Below are positions 1 through 13,100 of a stretch of 64,000 nt of DNA, piece by piece (within the stretch, counting starts at the first letter, position 1; every line of letters starts with the position of its first letter). The stretch is from contig CP158635.1 in assembly GCA_050273025.1 (NCBI GenBank), positions 4,836,001-4,900,000 of the forward strand, given 5' to 3'. The DNA comes from Cenococcum geophilum (Eukaryota). Below the pieces are notes generated by a model, which saw nothing but the letters and a program-made list of their open reading frames with translations, did no database searches and had not been told where the DNA came from. The position numbers and the translations under genes were made by a program.

Positions 1-3000
1 AGATACGTACTACCTAAGATTACGATATTATTTAAAACCTATAAGCTTGTAAAGCGCTCGCTAATAACACACGTTAAGAAACTAAAGACGACCTCTACGT
101 ATCTAAACGTGATGTTTAATAGTTAAAGAAGAATAAGATTGCACTAATTGCTATAGTCACTAAAAAAGAAGGCATAATTAAATACCTATAATCTTAGCTT
201 AATAAGTATATTTATAACAATGCTAGATACCTCTTTACTATATATAACGCCACCCAAGTCTCTACACCCCCAGTAACTTTACCTACTTAATGCTTAATAG
301 AGGGTTAGCACTAAGCAGCTTTACCTAATAGAAACCCCTACTAAAGCAGTAATAATAAAAGCTATAATAATCGGACCTAAACTGCTACTATAAAATCTAA
401 TACACGCTACCCTAATCCCCTAGTCTTTTAAGGAGACCGTAAGGAATACAGCTACTAGAAGATACAAATCTATAAAAAACTAACTTAGAGCACCTGCCTT
501 TTTCCTATAGAAGATACTAAGATTAGCTATATTATCGGGCGAATAAAGGGTATACTATTTAATAGACTCTTTGCCTAATAGGAGACTAGTAGCCCCTAAA
601 AGTAGTAGTCTTACTAAGAAGTTCTTAATAATCTTAACCTAATATACCATGACTATAACCTACTGGCTACTAACTAAGCTAAACTATATACCCTAAAGAT
701 AAGCCCTACTAAATTATTTAATAAGTTCTATATTAAATTCCAGGAATATACTAAAGCCCTCGCCTAAGACAATACTAAAGACTAAAAGGATCTCCTTAAA
801 AAAGTTACTTATCGCCTTAGTTACGCAGCCGCTAGCTATAACTATAAGAATATTTATAAGATAGTAGCAGCCCTATAAAAGATTAAATAATAACTAAATT
901 AAATTACTACTACTAACCCTTATTTAAAGACCTCTCTATAGAAGCCCTCTGGGCCTACTAAATCTATATATACTAAGCCACCAACGCCTACTACCTTAAG
1001 TACCACTAGAGCTAATATTAACCTCTCTATACTAACCTTTCCGTAAAAACTCCTAAATAGAGAGCGCAAGCTACTCTGGAAATTAGGACGCTACTATAGA
1101 TGCTATTAAAAAGGCTATTATTATAATAACCTAAACTACTTAATAGCTAGGTTTAGTACCTACCGCCTAATACCTAACCTAATACCCCAAACACTAAATA
1201 TGTTGCTACGCGCCACTACCATATAAAATAAAGACGTAGTAATAGTAGTAAAATCGGATACGGAAGTAGAAAACGCTAAGTCCTAGCCCTAAGTTGTGGG
1301 TTAGGACGCCCTAATAATAGAGGGATCTATATATTGGCCTGCTTAATAAATAACTTAGTAAAAATAAATAAACAGAAATAGATAGCTTTACCTATAATAG
1401 GAACTACTGCTATAAAATAATATAAAAGCCGTTTTATAATTAACTGCAGAGCTACTAACTAATTTATAAATACCTAACTTGTGCGCACTTATAACCTACC
1501 TACCTTACCCCTTACTAAAGCCCGCGCCCTATAACTCTTTAATAGTAGTTATACCGTATAGAAGATTACCTATATAGTATAACTCTACTTAGATATAAAC
1601 GGGCACTAGAAAAAGCTTTAGGCCTATATTACACTACTTACTAACTACCATATTATCCTTAGAATAAGCTAGCTTAAACAACACAACCCCGCTATTAACT
1701 AAGAAAAGAGAAAAATAACCTTTAACTCTAAATACTGTAGAGAGACTTACCTAGGACATAGCCTAGCCGCCTCTATTTACTCACCAGAATATTAACCTAA
1801 GAAACCCCTTATTACCCTACCTATAACTAATTACTACTATATAAGTGCCGCGGCCTTCTACCGTATAGCATATAGGAAAGGCTAGACCGTTACTATAGCT
1901 TCCTAATTATAACTATATAAGCTTAATAAAGAACAGAATTATATCCTTTATAGTAATAGGATAGACATAGTTAACCTTTTAGAAGATAACGCCCCTACGA
2001 AACTCTATAGACTTTTACCTTTAGACTTTAAGAAGTTTATAAAACTTAAAAAAGGACTTACTAATAAAGAACTCCGCAAGCTCCTCCCTAAGAGATACTA
2101 TAACTTTATTAATATATACTTATAAAAGGGCGTAGATATACTCCCCCTATATTAACCTAATAACTATACCATTAATATTAAATAAGGAAAAACGCCACCT
2201 TATAAGAGACCCTACCCAATATTAAAAAACAAACTTTTAGTTATAAGAAAGTATATCAACGAGCACCTTAATAAAGGGTTTATTCGTCCCAGCATATTAC
2301 CAACAGCCGCCCCCATCCTTCTTACTAAAAAGCTAAAAGGAGATATCTAATTCTACGTTAGCTATAAAGGACTTAACGCTATTATAATTAAAAACTAATA
2401 CCTAGTACCGCTTATATAGGAGACCTTTAAGCGGCTTAGCCAAGCCAAAATCTATACTAAGCTTAATATTATCGCCGCCTTTAACTATCTCTAAATACAG
2501 AAAGGTAATAAATAGAAAACCGTATTCGCATTACGCTTTGGCCAATTTAAATATACTATTATACCCTTTAGCGTATATAACGGCCCAGGCACCTTTTAAA
2601 GCTATATTAATAACGCCTTATGGGACTACCTTAATAACTTCTGCTCCGCGTACCTAGACGATATACTTATTTATAGTAATAACCCTTCTAAGCATACCGA
2701 ACACGTTTAAAAGGTCCTACAGCGCCTTAGGACGTAGGACTTTATATTAATTTAAAGAAATACAAATTCTTAGTTATAGAAGTAAAATACCTTAAACTAA
2801 TTATTACTACTAAGGGTGTCCGTATGGACCCTAAGAAGGTATATATAATTACTAAATAGTAAGCCCCTAACTGCATTAAGGACGTATAAGCCTTCCTTAG
2901 TTTTGCTAACTTCTATCGGAAATTTATATACAACTTCTTAGGCGTAGTAGCACCACTTATAGTAATAATACGAATGAAGGGCCTTTCTGTAAAAGGAAGA

Positions 3001-5320
3001 AAAATATACCTACGCTTTACCTAAACGCCTAAATATAAGAAAGCGTTCTAAGACCTTAAAAATACCTTTACTAAAGTACCTATCCTAGCCTACTTTATAC
3101 TAGGACGATAACTCTATCTTAAAACTAACTCCTTAAACTACGTTAATATAGGCGTTCTTTCCTAAATAGGCGACGATGGTTTTCTTTACCTAGTTACATT
3201 CTACTTATCTAAGCTTATACTATAAGAGTATAACTATAAGATCTATAATAAAGAACTCCTTACAATTATATAAGTGTTTAAAGAATTCTAAGTAGAACTT
3301 TTCTTAGTAGAGCCTAACTAGCCAACTAAAGTCCTTATAGACTATTGTAACCTTAAGTACTTTATAACTATAAAGTAGCTAAACTAACGCCAAGTATATT
3401 AGAACGAGTTCCTCTCTAGTTTTAACTTTAAAATTATATATAGACTAAAAGTATAAGGTACTAAACCTAATAGCCTAACACGCCGCTTGTAAGACCTTCC
3501 TTAGTTTAAAGATAACCCCTATAATTAGTTCCAATAATAGACGATCCTAAAAGTATAAAATTTGGCCCTAGGTATACTACCTATAATAAAGCTAACTATA
3601 CCTTAGCTTTATACTATAGAACTAAAGTTACCTTCTAAAATTAATAAGCTTATTACTACGGTATATAACACCCCTATTAACCTATTACTGTATTAACTTA
3701 TTACCGTAAAGACCGCTAGCGCCTATACGCTACCCACTAACCTCTAAAGCTTAGGCTAGATTAATATAGCAGCCTTAGAAGTAAAAGAGAACAGGCTTTA
3801 TTATAGAGGTCGCCTATTTATCCCTAATTTAGAAAATTTATAACGGTAACTAATCTAAATGGCCTACGACCTCCAATTAAGCGGCTATCTAGGTAGAGGA
3901 GGAACATACGAGCTTCTTAGCTAATACTACTTCTAGCTAAAAATAATAGACTTAGTTAAACGCTTTATAGGCGCCTACTATAGTTATAAGCCCGCTAAGG
4001 CCTTTAATATAAAGTACTAAGGACTGCTGCACCCTCTACTAATACCTATATAATAATAGGCAGATATCGCTATAGATTTATTATTAACCTACTACCCTAT
4101 AAATAACACGGCTGTACCTATAAGAACATCCTTATAATAATATGCCGACTTATAAAAGAGCGCCACTACGTTTTAACCGAAGGCGTAGCTGTTAGCGACG
4201 TTATTAACGCCTTCCTTTACGAAGTTTACTAACTATATAGGTTACCTAACTCAATTACGTCCAACTAAGGTATATAATTTAACTCTAATATATAGAGACG
4301 AATCTGCTAACGCCTTAGCATCTCCGTTAAGATATCTATATCCTTCTACTATAAAACTACTAGGCAACTAGAAAACGCTAATGCTAGTATAAAAGCGTAC
4401 CTACGACAGGTAGTTGCCTATAGTTAAGATAACTAGGTAGATTACCTCCTACTAGGTAAATTCGCAGTAAATAACTATGTCTTAACCACTATAGGACTTA
4501 CCCCGTTCTTCGCGAATAAGGGTTATTACCCCTAATCTAGTATAGAGCCACTAAAACCTATTAATAAGAAACTGCTATATAGAAAACGCTTTAAGATACA
4601 ACTTACCGACTAGTATACAGACTATATAAAAAATCTACTTAACTACTATAAGGGAGAAATGGCCTAGGCTTAAGTAAAGTAGGTCTACTTTGCTAACTAC
4701 TATAAAACACCACCACTGGAGATACGTGTTAGCGACTGGGTATAGCTAAATATATATAATATCTCTACGTAGAGGCCTATAAAGTTACTTAATTATAAAA
4801 ACCTTAGCCCCTATTTAATTAAATAAGTCATTAATAGGGGAGCCGTATATAAGCTAGAACTCCCACCTATTCTAGCTACCCGCGGGATATAGCCTATATT
4901 TTACCTATAGCTACTACACCTCTATTAGCCTAACCCCTTACTAGGGTAGATATAGCCTAAACCCCTACTAGTACTAATCTAAGACGAGAACAAAGACAAG
5001 AACTATAAGAAGTAGACCATTAAACAAATTATTAACTCTAAATACTTTAGCAAAGGCAGAGGACAACGGCTCTACTATAGAGCTATATATACAGGATTTA
5101 ATATAGATTAGCTAGAATAGCAACTATAGGAAGACTTCAAAAATACAAAGGATCTAATTAGCGACTTTTACTACGCGAACCTATAGAAACTGGGCCTAAG
5201 TAGAGATTTTATACCCAATCCTCTATAGGAGCCCTTATAGAGTTAAACCGTTATATATTGCCATGTAAGGGTAAATTACCGTTAGATTGCGGTAAAGTGC
5301 GATTACGTAACCGGAATATC

Positions 5321-6996
5321 CATCAGCAAAATGTTTGTGCCTCCTGACAGTACTGACAGCTCCTGACAGCTCCTGTCAGGGCTGTCAGGAGCTCCAGGAG
5401 ACACTCACACTCGGCATCCTGTCAAGAGGTCGCCCGGACCACCAGGACCACTAGGACCTCCAGGACCTCCAGGACCTCCAGGACCATCAGGACCATCAGG
5501 ACCATCAGGACCATTAGGACCATCAGGACAACAATAAAAATTCTACATTTAAAAATTGGGTATATTAACACTCCAGTATTTACCGCTAGTCAAAAAATAC
5601 AAATTTATTTTAATTATATATGATCTAAATAATTCAATCCGCCTACCGCCTGTGTCTGTCATAGGAACTCTACGATCGCTCGGGCGTTGGGCGATCGACT
5701 GAGGAGCCTCTCGCGGAGGCTCCAAATCGTCGATTGGCGATGTTCCCGATGATCCGCTGGCCGTGTGCTGATTTCCTAACTAGGCCTAGTGCCTGCCTGC
5801 CTGCCTGCCTGTCCTACCTGTCCGAGCCTGCTTGTGCCTGCCTGTCTGTATCTGTAATTCGGGGGAGGTCGGCCCGATCGAAGGATCTGCTTGATTCGAT
5901 TGCGATTAATTGTATTAATTCGAATCGCTTTCTATGAGCGTTCGCTGGCTGTACGTTTGAACGGTGGTCGTCTGGGGTGCCTTATTCGGTAACGGGCTGA
6001 TATCGAGGCTCTGGTTCGATTCGATTCGATCGATTGAATTGATCGTCTGGTTCTGGCGACGGTCCTCGCCTACCTGCCTACCTGCCTGCCTACCTACCTA
6101 CCTGCCTGCCTGCCTATGTCAGTATCTAATTCAATTCGGGGGAGGGGTCGGCCCGATTGAAGGCTCTAATTGATCCAGATCGTTCTCTATGGCCGTTCGC
6201 TAGCTGTATATTCGAACGGTGGTCGTCTAGGGTGCCTCCCTAGGAGGCCTTGATTCGATTCGGTGATGGGCCGATATTAAATTTGATCGATCGAATCGTT
6301 CGTGGTATTCGCTGGCTGGTTGTTCGAAAGGTCGTCGTCTAGTTCTGATAACGGTCGTCAGGTTCTGGCAACGGTCGTCTGGTGACGGTAACGGTCGTCT
6401 ACTGGCTGCCGTTCTAGTGTTTCCTAAGGTAGGGAGGATGTAAGGAAGGGTAAAAAATAAGGTGGCTACAAAGGGGGTAACTTGGCAGGGCACGTGTAGG
6501 CTATCGGGAATATAGCGGGGACCCGATAGCACAGTGTGTCGCGCCTGATAGCACTATGTCGCGCGCGCGCACCTAAGGTGTCGCATTAGGGGGGGTGTCG
6601 CATTAGGGGGGTGTTGCTTGAGGGGTATATGCATAGGTGTCGCTTTGGGGGGGGGGGGTGTCGCTTAGGGGTATCCTGCCAGGAACCTGACAGGACGATC
6701 AGGAAATACTAGTTTCCTGTCAGGAGCCTGTCAGGACGATTAGGAAATACTAGTTTCCTGTTAGGACCCTAACAGGACGATCAGGAAATCAAAGATCCTG
6801 GTAGGAGCCTATTAGGACGATTAGGAAATACTAGTTTCCTGTCAGGACCCTGACAGGACGATCAGGAAAATTAAAATCCTGCCAGGAGCCTGCCAGGAGC
6901 CTGCCAGGAGCCTGTTAGGACGATTAGGACCTCCAGGAAAATCAAAATCCTGTCAGGAGGCCTCCAGGATCTTGGCACCCCAACAAAATGCTGATG
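5321..6996. mobile_element. Non-autonomous TIR DNA element with dense subterminal repeats, CACTA/CMC-like
   Basis: Ends are imperfect inverted repeats (left catcagcaaaatgtttgtgcc; right reverse complement catcagcattttgttggggtgcc), flanked by TC on both sides (possible 2-bp TSD). Both ends carry arrays of cctgacagga/caggacca motifs. No transposase motif seen. Confidence 0.6.
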
Positions 6997-7089
6997 TCGT
7001 TAAGATGTCCAGGAACTTTAACCGGCGGTTAAAGTTGTCTAATTAGTTGGATTCTTAAATACTAAGTTTTATTATATAACATTGTTTTA

Positions 7090-9901
7090 GGGTGATGCTA
7101 ATCGGACACCCCCTAATTGCTAGGTGGACACCCCCCCAAATCAGGTTTGGGGCCTGCCTTAATAGGTTAGAATATTACGTGTGTTTGACTTATTTGCATC
7201 TGCATCGCAGAATCGCATCCTCTTCAAAATCTCAACACTATCCTGCCGATAGCCCTTACTACTACCGCCGTGGCTCTTAACGCCGCGCCTATAGCAAATT
7301 ATGACTCAGCAGAGGCAGGAATTAAAGACCTTAATGCCTAAGCAATATTGTAAGGCTTTGCGATAATTATAAAGCGATCCAAAAAGGACAAACAAACTCT
7401 GCTGACTGTACGCAAGCTATAGCTTATATGCGACCGAGGAAAACACTATATACTAGATGCGCGTAGTCGTCGTACTGCCTCTAAGAAGACCGACTGTCCC
7501 TTTAAAGCCACACTATCTTGTATAGAAGTTGGCTGGGTCTATGAGACTTAAGATCCTACTTATAATCACGACGCCTTCTTACCTGGCTCTACACCTCCTG
7601 CGCACCGGTAGCGGTCTGATGAAATAATTAAGACAATTCGCGATTAAGTCGCCAGTAATACGCCTTGCCTATTAATTCTTTTAAATCTTCTGCGAGCTGG
7701 AGTTATAATTGACATAAAAGACATCTATAATAAGAGGCAGGGCTACAAGAAGGAGCTTCTTAATGGGCTTACACCTATATAAGCTGTAACCGACTACGGT
7801 ACCCTGCCAAAACACTACCTTGTCTTACTAGCGTACCACCTTGTTTCAGTTGCCTAGCCCTTGACTCGCTCACCGACTCGGTCTACTTTCGTGTATTTAT
7901 ACCTCTTGATTTCCATAGATTTACAATTAAGTTGCTCGTTCATTCCCACACACTGCAAAGCTTACATAAGCTCTACTAAGAATCCTTAATATATTTGGCG
8001 GCGAGAATCCTAATGCTTATTACTTCTACGCGCATAAGGAAGACGATTAAAACCGACTTAAATATCTATTCTTTGCCTACCTAGAGTTAATTAAGCTTTT
8101 CGAAACTAATTACGATGTAGTTTTGCTTAATTGCACCTACAAAACCAATAGGTTTAAGATGCCGTTCCTCTATATTACTGGTATTATAAGTATAAATACG
8201 AATTTTAAAATAGGATACTGCTTTCTTTCTGGCGAGCAAGAGGTTGATTACCGCTTTCCTATTAAACAGCTCTATTTACTATGCGAACGCCTTAACGTTA
8301 ATATTAAGGTCTTTATTACTAATAAGGAGACGGCACTAAAGAAGGCGCTACGGCTTTACTTTCCACGCGCTCCTTAAATACTCTGCCTATAACACGTAGA
8401 GAAAAACGTTGGTAGTAAGGTAGTAGAGACTTAGAAGAAGCAGGAAGAAGAGGCCCTTACCGTTGCTACTACTGATAAGGAAGTAGAGAAGGTATAGAAC
8501 GATTATAAATCCTTTATGCAGCGCTTCCTTTCCTGCCTGCGGTAGGGGACTGTGTACGAGTTTAATAAAGCTTAGAATAGCCTTCTAGAAGACTACAGCA
8601 ATTAGAAAGATCTTATTAAGTATCTTCGCAAGGAGTAGTGGCCCTTTCGTATGGAAATTGCCGACTACTATGTAGATCTATATCTGCATTTTAGAACTAG
8701 GTAAGTTTTTTTATACAAACTGTAGAGCTTACCTACGCCTTCTACGCGCGAGCTAGATATCCGCCTTTAGATTCTAATTTAGATAATAGAGTTATATTGT
8801 GAGTTGAAGGCGCATATAGTATTTTAAAACGATATTTACAAGTTTCTACTGGCGATCTATTTAACGTCCTTTAGGATGTCGTAAACCTAATTTTAAATAC
8901 TCTTAATAAGTATACTATTTACCTAGGGAATATACAAAGACGCCCGCCGTATAATATTCGACTGCCAGAGCTTTTGGAGCTTATTGGTAAGGTAACGCCT
9001 TAAGGCCTTAGGAAGGTTGTAGAACAGATTAAGCTCGCAAAGTTGCCCAACTATAAGAACACCTATATAGGTAGATTTACAAGCACGTACGGCCTTCCTT
9101 ACTATTATACTTTGTATCGGCAACTATACCGAAGCTCTACTTCTGAGTTAAAAGTCGGCCTTAATGCGATCTATGAGCACTAGCTTTTTAAACGTCCTTA
9201 TTGGAACTCCCCCTATATACCAATCAATCCTATACTACTTATATAAGACCTAGCAGTTATTTAGCGTCGCTACGGTCGTCCTAAAGGCCCTACTAACCCC
9301 CGCAAGCGTGATAACTTAACCCGTTGGGGGCTATTAAGATTTAAGATAGTTGGCAACAATACTGGTGATATAGGATGAGGCCATGGACGTCGGCATGCCC
9401 GCGGAGGCTGTTTATAGACGCTAAAAAGAAGTAGCAGTACCTAATTAAGTTTACGCGTAGCCTTGTAGAGCACTATATAGTCTAATTAGTCAACTCAGGA
9501 ATAGGTTAAGGTTAATTCTAGTGGTGGATATAGTAGTGGAAGTCAAAATACTACTGTAGATGCCTTGCCACCTATTGGCAGCAATATTTAACAGGCTTTA
9601 AGCGGTCAGAGGGCTTTGCCCTTTTAGGTAGACTTTACTAAGGGGTCCTTTAGCGCATTCCAGCTTTAATTTTAACTCTTTTATATATGCTATAGTTAAA
9701 ATTAAGACTTAATTAAGGTGTTGCAGTTATAAAAGTTACATATTAAAAGTTTTAATTTTCGCGATGTAGATGCAAATAAGTCAAACATATATAATATTCT
9801 AACCTATTAAGGCAGGCGCTAAACCTAATTTAGGGGGATGTTTACCTAGCAATTGGGGGGTGTCTACCTAGCAATTAGGGGGTGTCTAATTAGCATCACC
9901 C
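7090..9901 (+). mobile_element. Mutator-like (MULE) DNA transposon, RIP-inactivated
   Basis: ~120-140 bp TIRs (gggtgatgctaat.../...attagcatcaccc); 8-bp TSD ttgtttta at 7082-7089 and 9902-9909. ORF 8123-8377 has MULE DDE motifs (LNCTYKTNRFKMP, FITNKETAL) followed by an LCxWH relic; putative intron starts gtaagt at 8701. Confidence 0.92.
7785..7966. mobile_element. Solo LTR (182 bp) inserted in the MULE transposase
   Basis: TGTAA...TTACA termini; 5-bp TSD taagc at 7780-7784 and 7967-7971. Confidence 0.85.
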
Positions 9902-10177
9902 TTGTTTTAAACCTTTAGTAATACCCCCCTTTCTTCTTTTCTATACCTTAAATGCCCCTTTTATATATATATAGTAATCACAGCGTCGCCAAAGCTCCGC
10001 CTCTATAGAAGGGGGGGTAATGTTATAGAACCCCACTACAGGGGCCTCTATAGGAGAGCCCTGTGCTTTTATATACACCTTATATATAGCTTATATCAGC
10101 TACGCGTAGGTATATTACCTCCTTACGCCCTCAACCCTTATAATTAATCGCGTAACGTCTTATAGACTCCTTAAATA

Positions 10178-13100
10178 TGTAACGGAACCTTATAGCAAGA
10201 ACTATAATAGGCTTATTAATGGGCTAGGTATATAGGTAAAGTAAGTTAAAGTTAACAGTATAATAATAACTGGTGGAGTAGTTGCCTAATAGATTAACGC
10301 TAATTGTATTCTAAGAATTACTATAAAGAAGGAACTATCTAGGTAGGGACTAAGGGTCCTTAAATACACAACCGTACTTCTATAAAATCCTTCTTATAGG
10401 TAATATACGTATACTCTATTTACTTTATTACAAATTATACGGATTATATAGATTATATAGATTACCCTATATAACCTTAGTTACTATTCCTCGTTATATA
10501 GTTCTACTAGTTCTATTCTAGACTATGCCTAAATTAACTAACTAGCTTCTTTCGACTCTTCTCTAAGTAGTTATAATATTATACTTAAAGCGTCCGTAAC
10601 ACTATCTCCCTCCTCTTTATCTTTGTTCTTAAAGATTCTAAATATCTCTAAGTTGTTTACTAGAGGTGTAATATCCGTCTAATTAATTTGGTTAATATTA
10701 TTGCTTATTATACCTAAAGCAATTTCTTTGTCTTTAACTGCTCGTCGTATTCGCACTATTGCTATAATATTATCTCTTAGTGAAATTATACTATCTCCGT
10801 GTTTTTGCTATTTAAAAAAGGGGTTAGTTTATATTATGTTAGCAAACCTATCTTCGTAATAACTGTTCTCTTACTTAGAATGCACTAAAGCGAATATTTG
10901 TTTATCCTATAACGTTCGCTCCGTCTTTAATACTAAATATACGTAACCTATTACTTTTAATAGTTGTCTAGTTCCCTAATTAATTTGTCTTAGGGTCTTA
11001 TATTTAATCTACTACTGCGCAGCTAGATAATAAACTATCTATTACTCTTGCTAAGTTACGCCATTCTTAGGACGCTGAATAAGAGGCTGCCGATACTTAG
11101 TAACGGGCCCTTAAGTCTCATCTTACGGCATTCGCTTAGTTAATTCGTCTTAAGAAGGTTTATAAAAAGGTGCGTTTTAAGGAGTAGAAACTTATAAAAT
11201 AGGGTTTATAGGAACTTAGTAATAAAAGAACGGACTTTCTTCTAACTAAGAAGGAAATAGATCTAAGTAGTTCGGTAACTGCTCTTCTTAGGTCCCCCTT
11301 AGGTAACTTATTCTTTAGTAATTCTTTTTTATTAATGCTTCCTAACCTAATCTCTTTTAATACTCCTATACCTTTCCTATAGCGTTCTTTAAATTTTTTA
11401 GTAGTTTCTAAGTAGTCTTAGTGTAGCCTATCCACTTTATTTCGTACTATATTTTATTATTAATATCCTTATAGCTAACGATCTTTAAAACTTACTATTT
11501 GTCTTCTTCTTATCCTCTATATATGTCTGCTTTATAAACTAGTGGCTTAATATTCCTGTATACTGGCTCTAGTATTACAATATACTATATATGGTAGATC
11601 TTTATTTTGGCTAGTAGGTCTAACTTAAATATAACTAATAAAATCCTTTGCTTAATTTTAAAAGGTCCTAGCCTAATATAGTCCAATTTCTTACTTAGTT
11701 ATTAACTCTTAAAATTTTTATATAGTAGCTATACTTTATCTCCCTCCTTAAGATCTAGTCCCTTGGATCTTTTAGCATTATAGTACTTTTTTATTCTCTT
11801 TTATACTTTCTTTACTAATTCTATAAGGTTTATATAAAGATTTATTAACGTCTTTATTCTTTCTTTAGCTATACTACTTATTTTCTTTACTTACTATAGT
11901 AATAACGATATTCTTAGCTTATATCTATAATTTGCTTTAAATAGTAATATGCCTATTCCTTCTTATAGCGTTATATTATATATAAATTGTATAATTGGTA
12001 ATAGCAATACCTAATTGTTCTATATATAATTAATATAGTATCTTAGATACTATTCTAATGTCTAATTTAGTCTTTCCGTTTAACTATCTATCTGTAGATA
12101 ATATACGGTAGAAGTTACTGCTTTAACTCCTTATTCCGCTAAGAATACCTTTTAAAATGCTGCTATAAATCTTAGATCTCTATCCGATATAATCTTACTT
12201 AGTGCTCTATGTCTTATAAACACTTCCTTAATATAGATTTTAGCGATATCTTCTACTAATATTTCTTCTGTGCATGCTATAAAGTATCCCTACTTTATAA
12301 GCTTGTTTACTATTACTAGGATCGCGTTATAATCCTATCTAGTAATAGGGTCTCTTAACTTTAGCAACTTAATAATAAAGTCCTATAATATAACCTCCTA
12401 TAGTCTCTCTAGTATTTTAATAGGTTATAGCCCTCCGTATGGCTTATACCTTATTAATTTATTTCTTTAGTAATCTAGATATTCCTTTATAACTTTTTAT
12501 ATTAAGCCTTAGATTCTATTAATAATATACTCCTCTTAGAGTCTTAATACTAAGCCCGTGGCTCTGTTATGTCCTTAAGTTATTCCCTTATAGAAATCTT
12601 TTACGAAATGCTCTGTTATGCTTTTTAGGATATACTTAGCTTCTCAATTTTTGTATATATCTATTTATAAATCTTCTAGTTATGCTTTTAGAATTTTTTA
12701 TACCTAAAAGCTCTCTAGTACCTCGTAAACTCTTTCTAGTTCCCCATTTTCCTAAGTTGCTGTAATTTTTAAATAATTATACCTAATTAATCTGTCTATG
12801 TCTTTCCGCAGTAAAGCCCCTAATGGCTTTTTATTATTCTATAGTTTAGCCTTCTAATTTAGAGCATCTGCTTATATATTATCTATACCCTTAATATACT
12901 AAATCTTAAAATAGTATTTTGTAAGTATCTCTGCCTATCTAACCTATCTCTAGTTAAGTTCCTTTATTATTAGAAATCCTATTAGGTTCTTATAATCCGT
13001 CTTAACTATAAATAGTTTCTCTATGCCTTATAAGAATGCTCTCTATTTCTTTAGTGCTGCGACTATACTTAACAACTCCTTATTATAGATGTTATAGTTT

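Noticed and set aside
5734..6532. ORFs with ACLPACLP-like peptides
   Set aside because: Translations of (CCTG)n microsatellites and internal repeats of a non-coding element.
6670..6960. Repeat-spacer-like array resembling CRISPR
   Set aside because: Eukaryotic context, the 'spacers' are themselves repeated, and there are no cas genes; these are transposon subterminal repeats.
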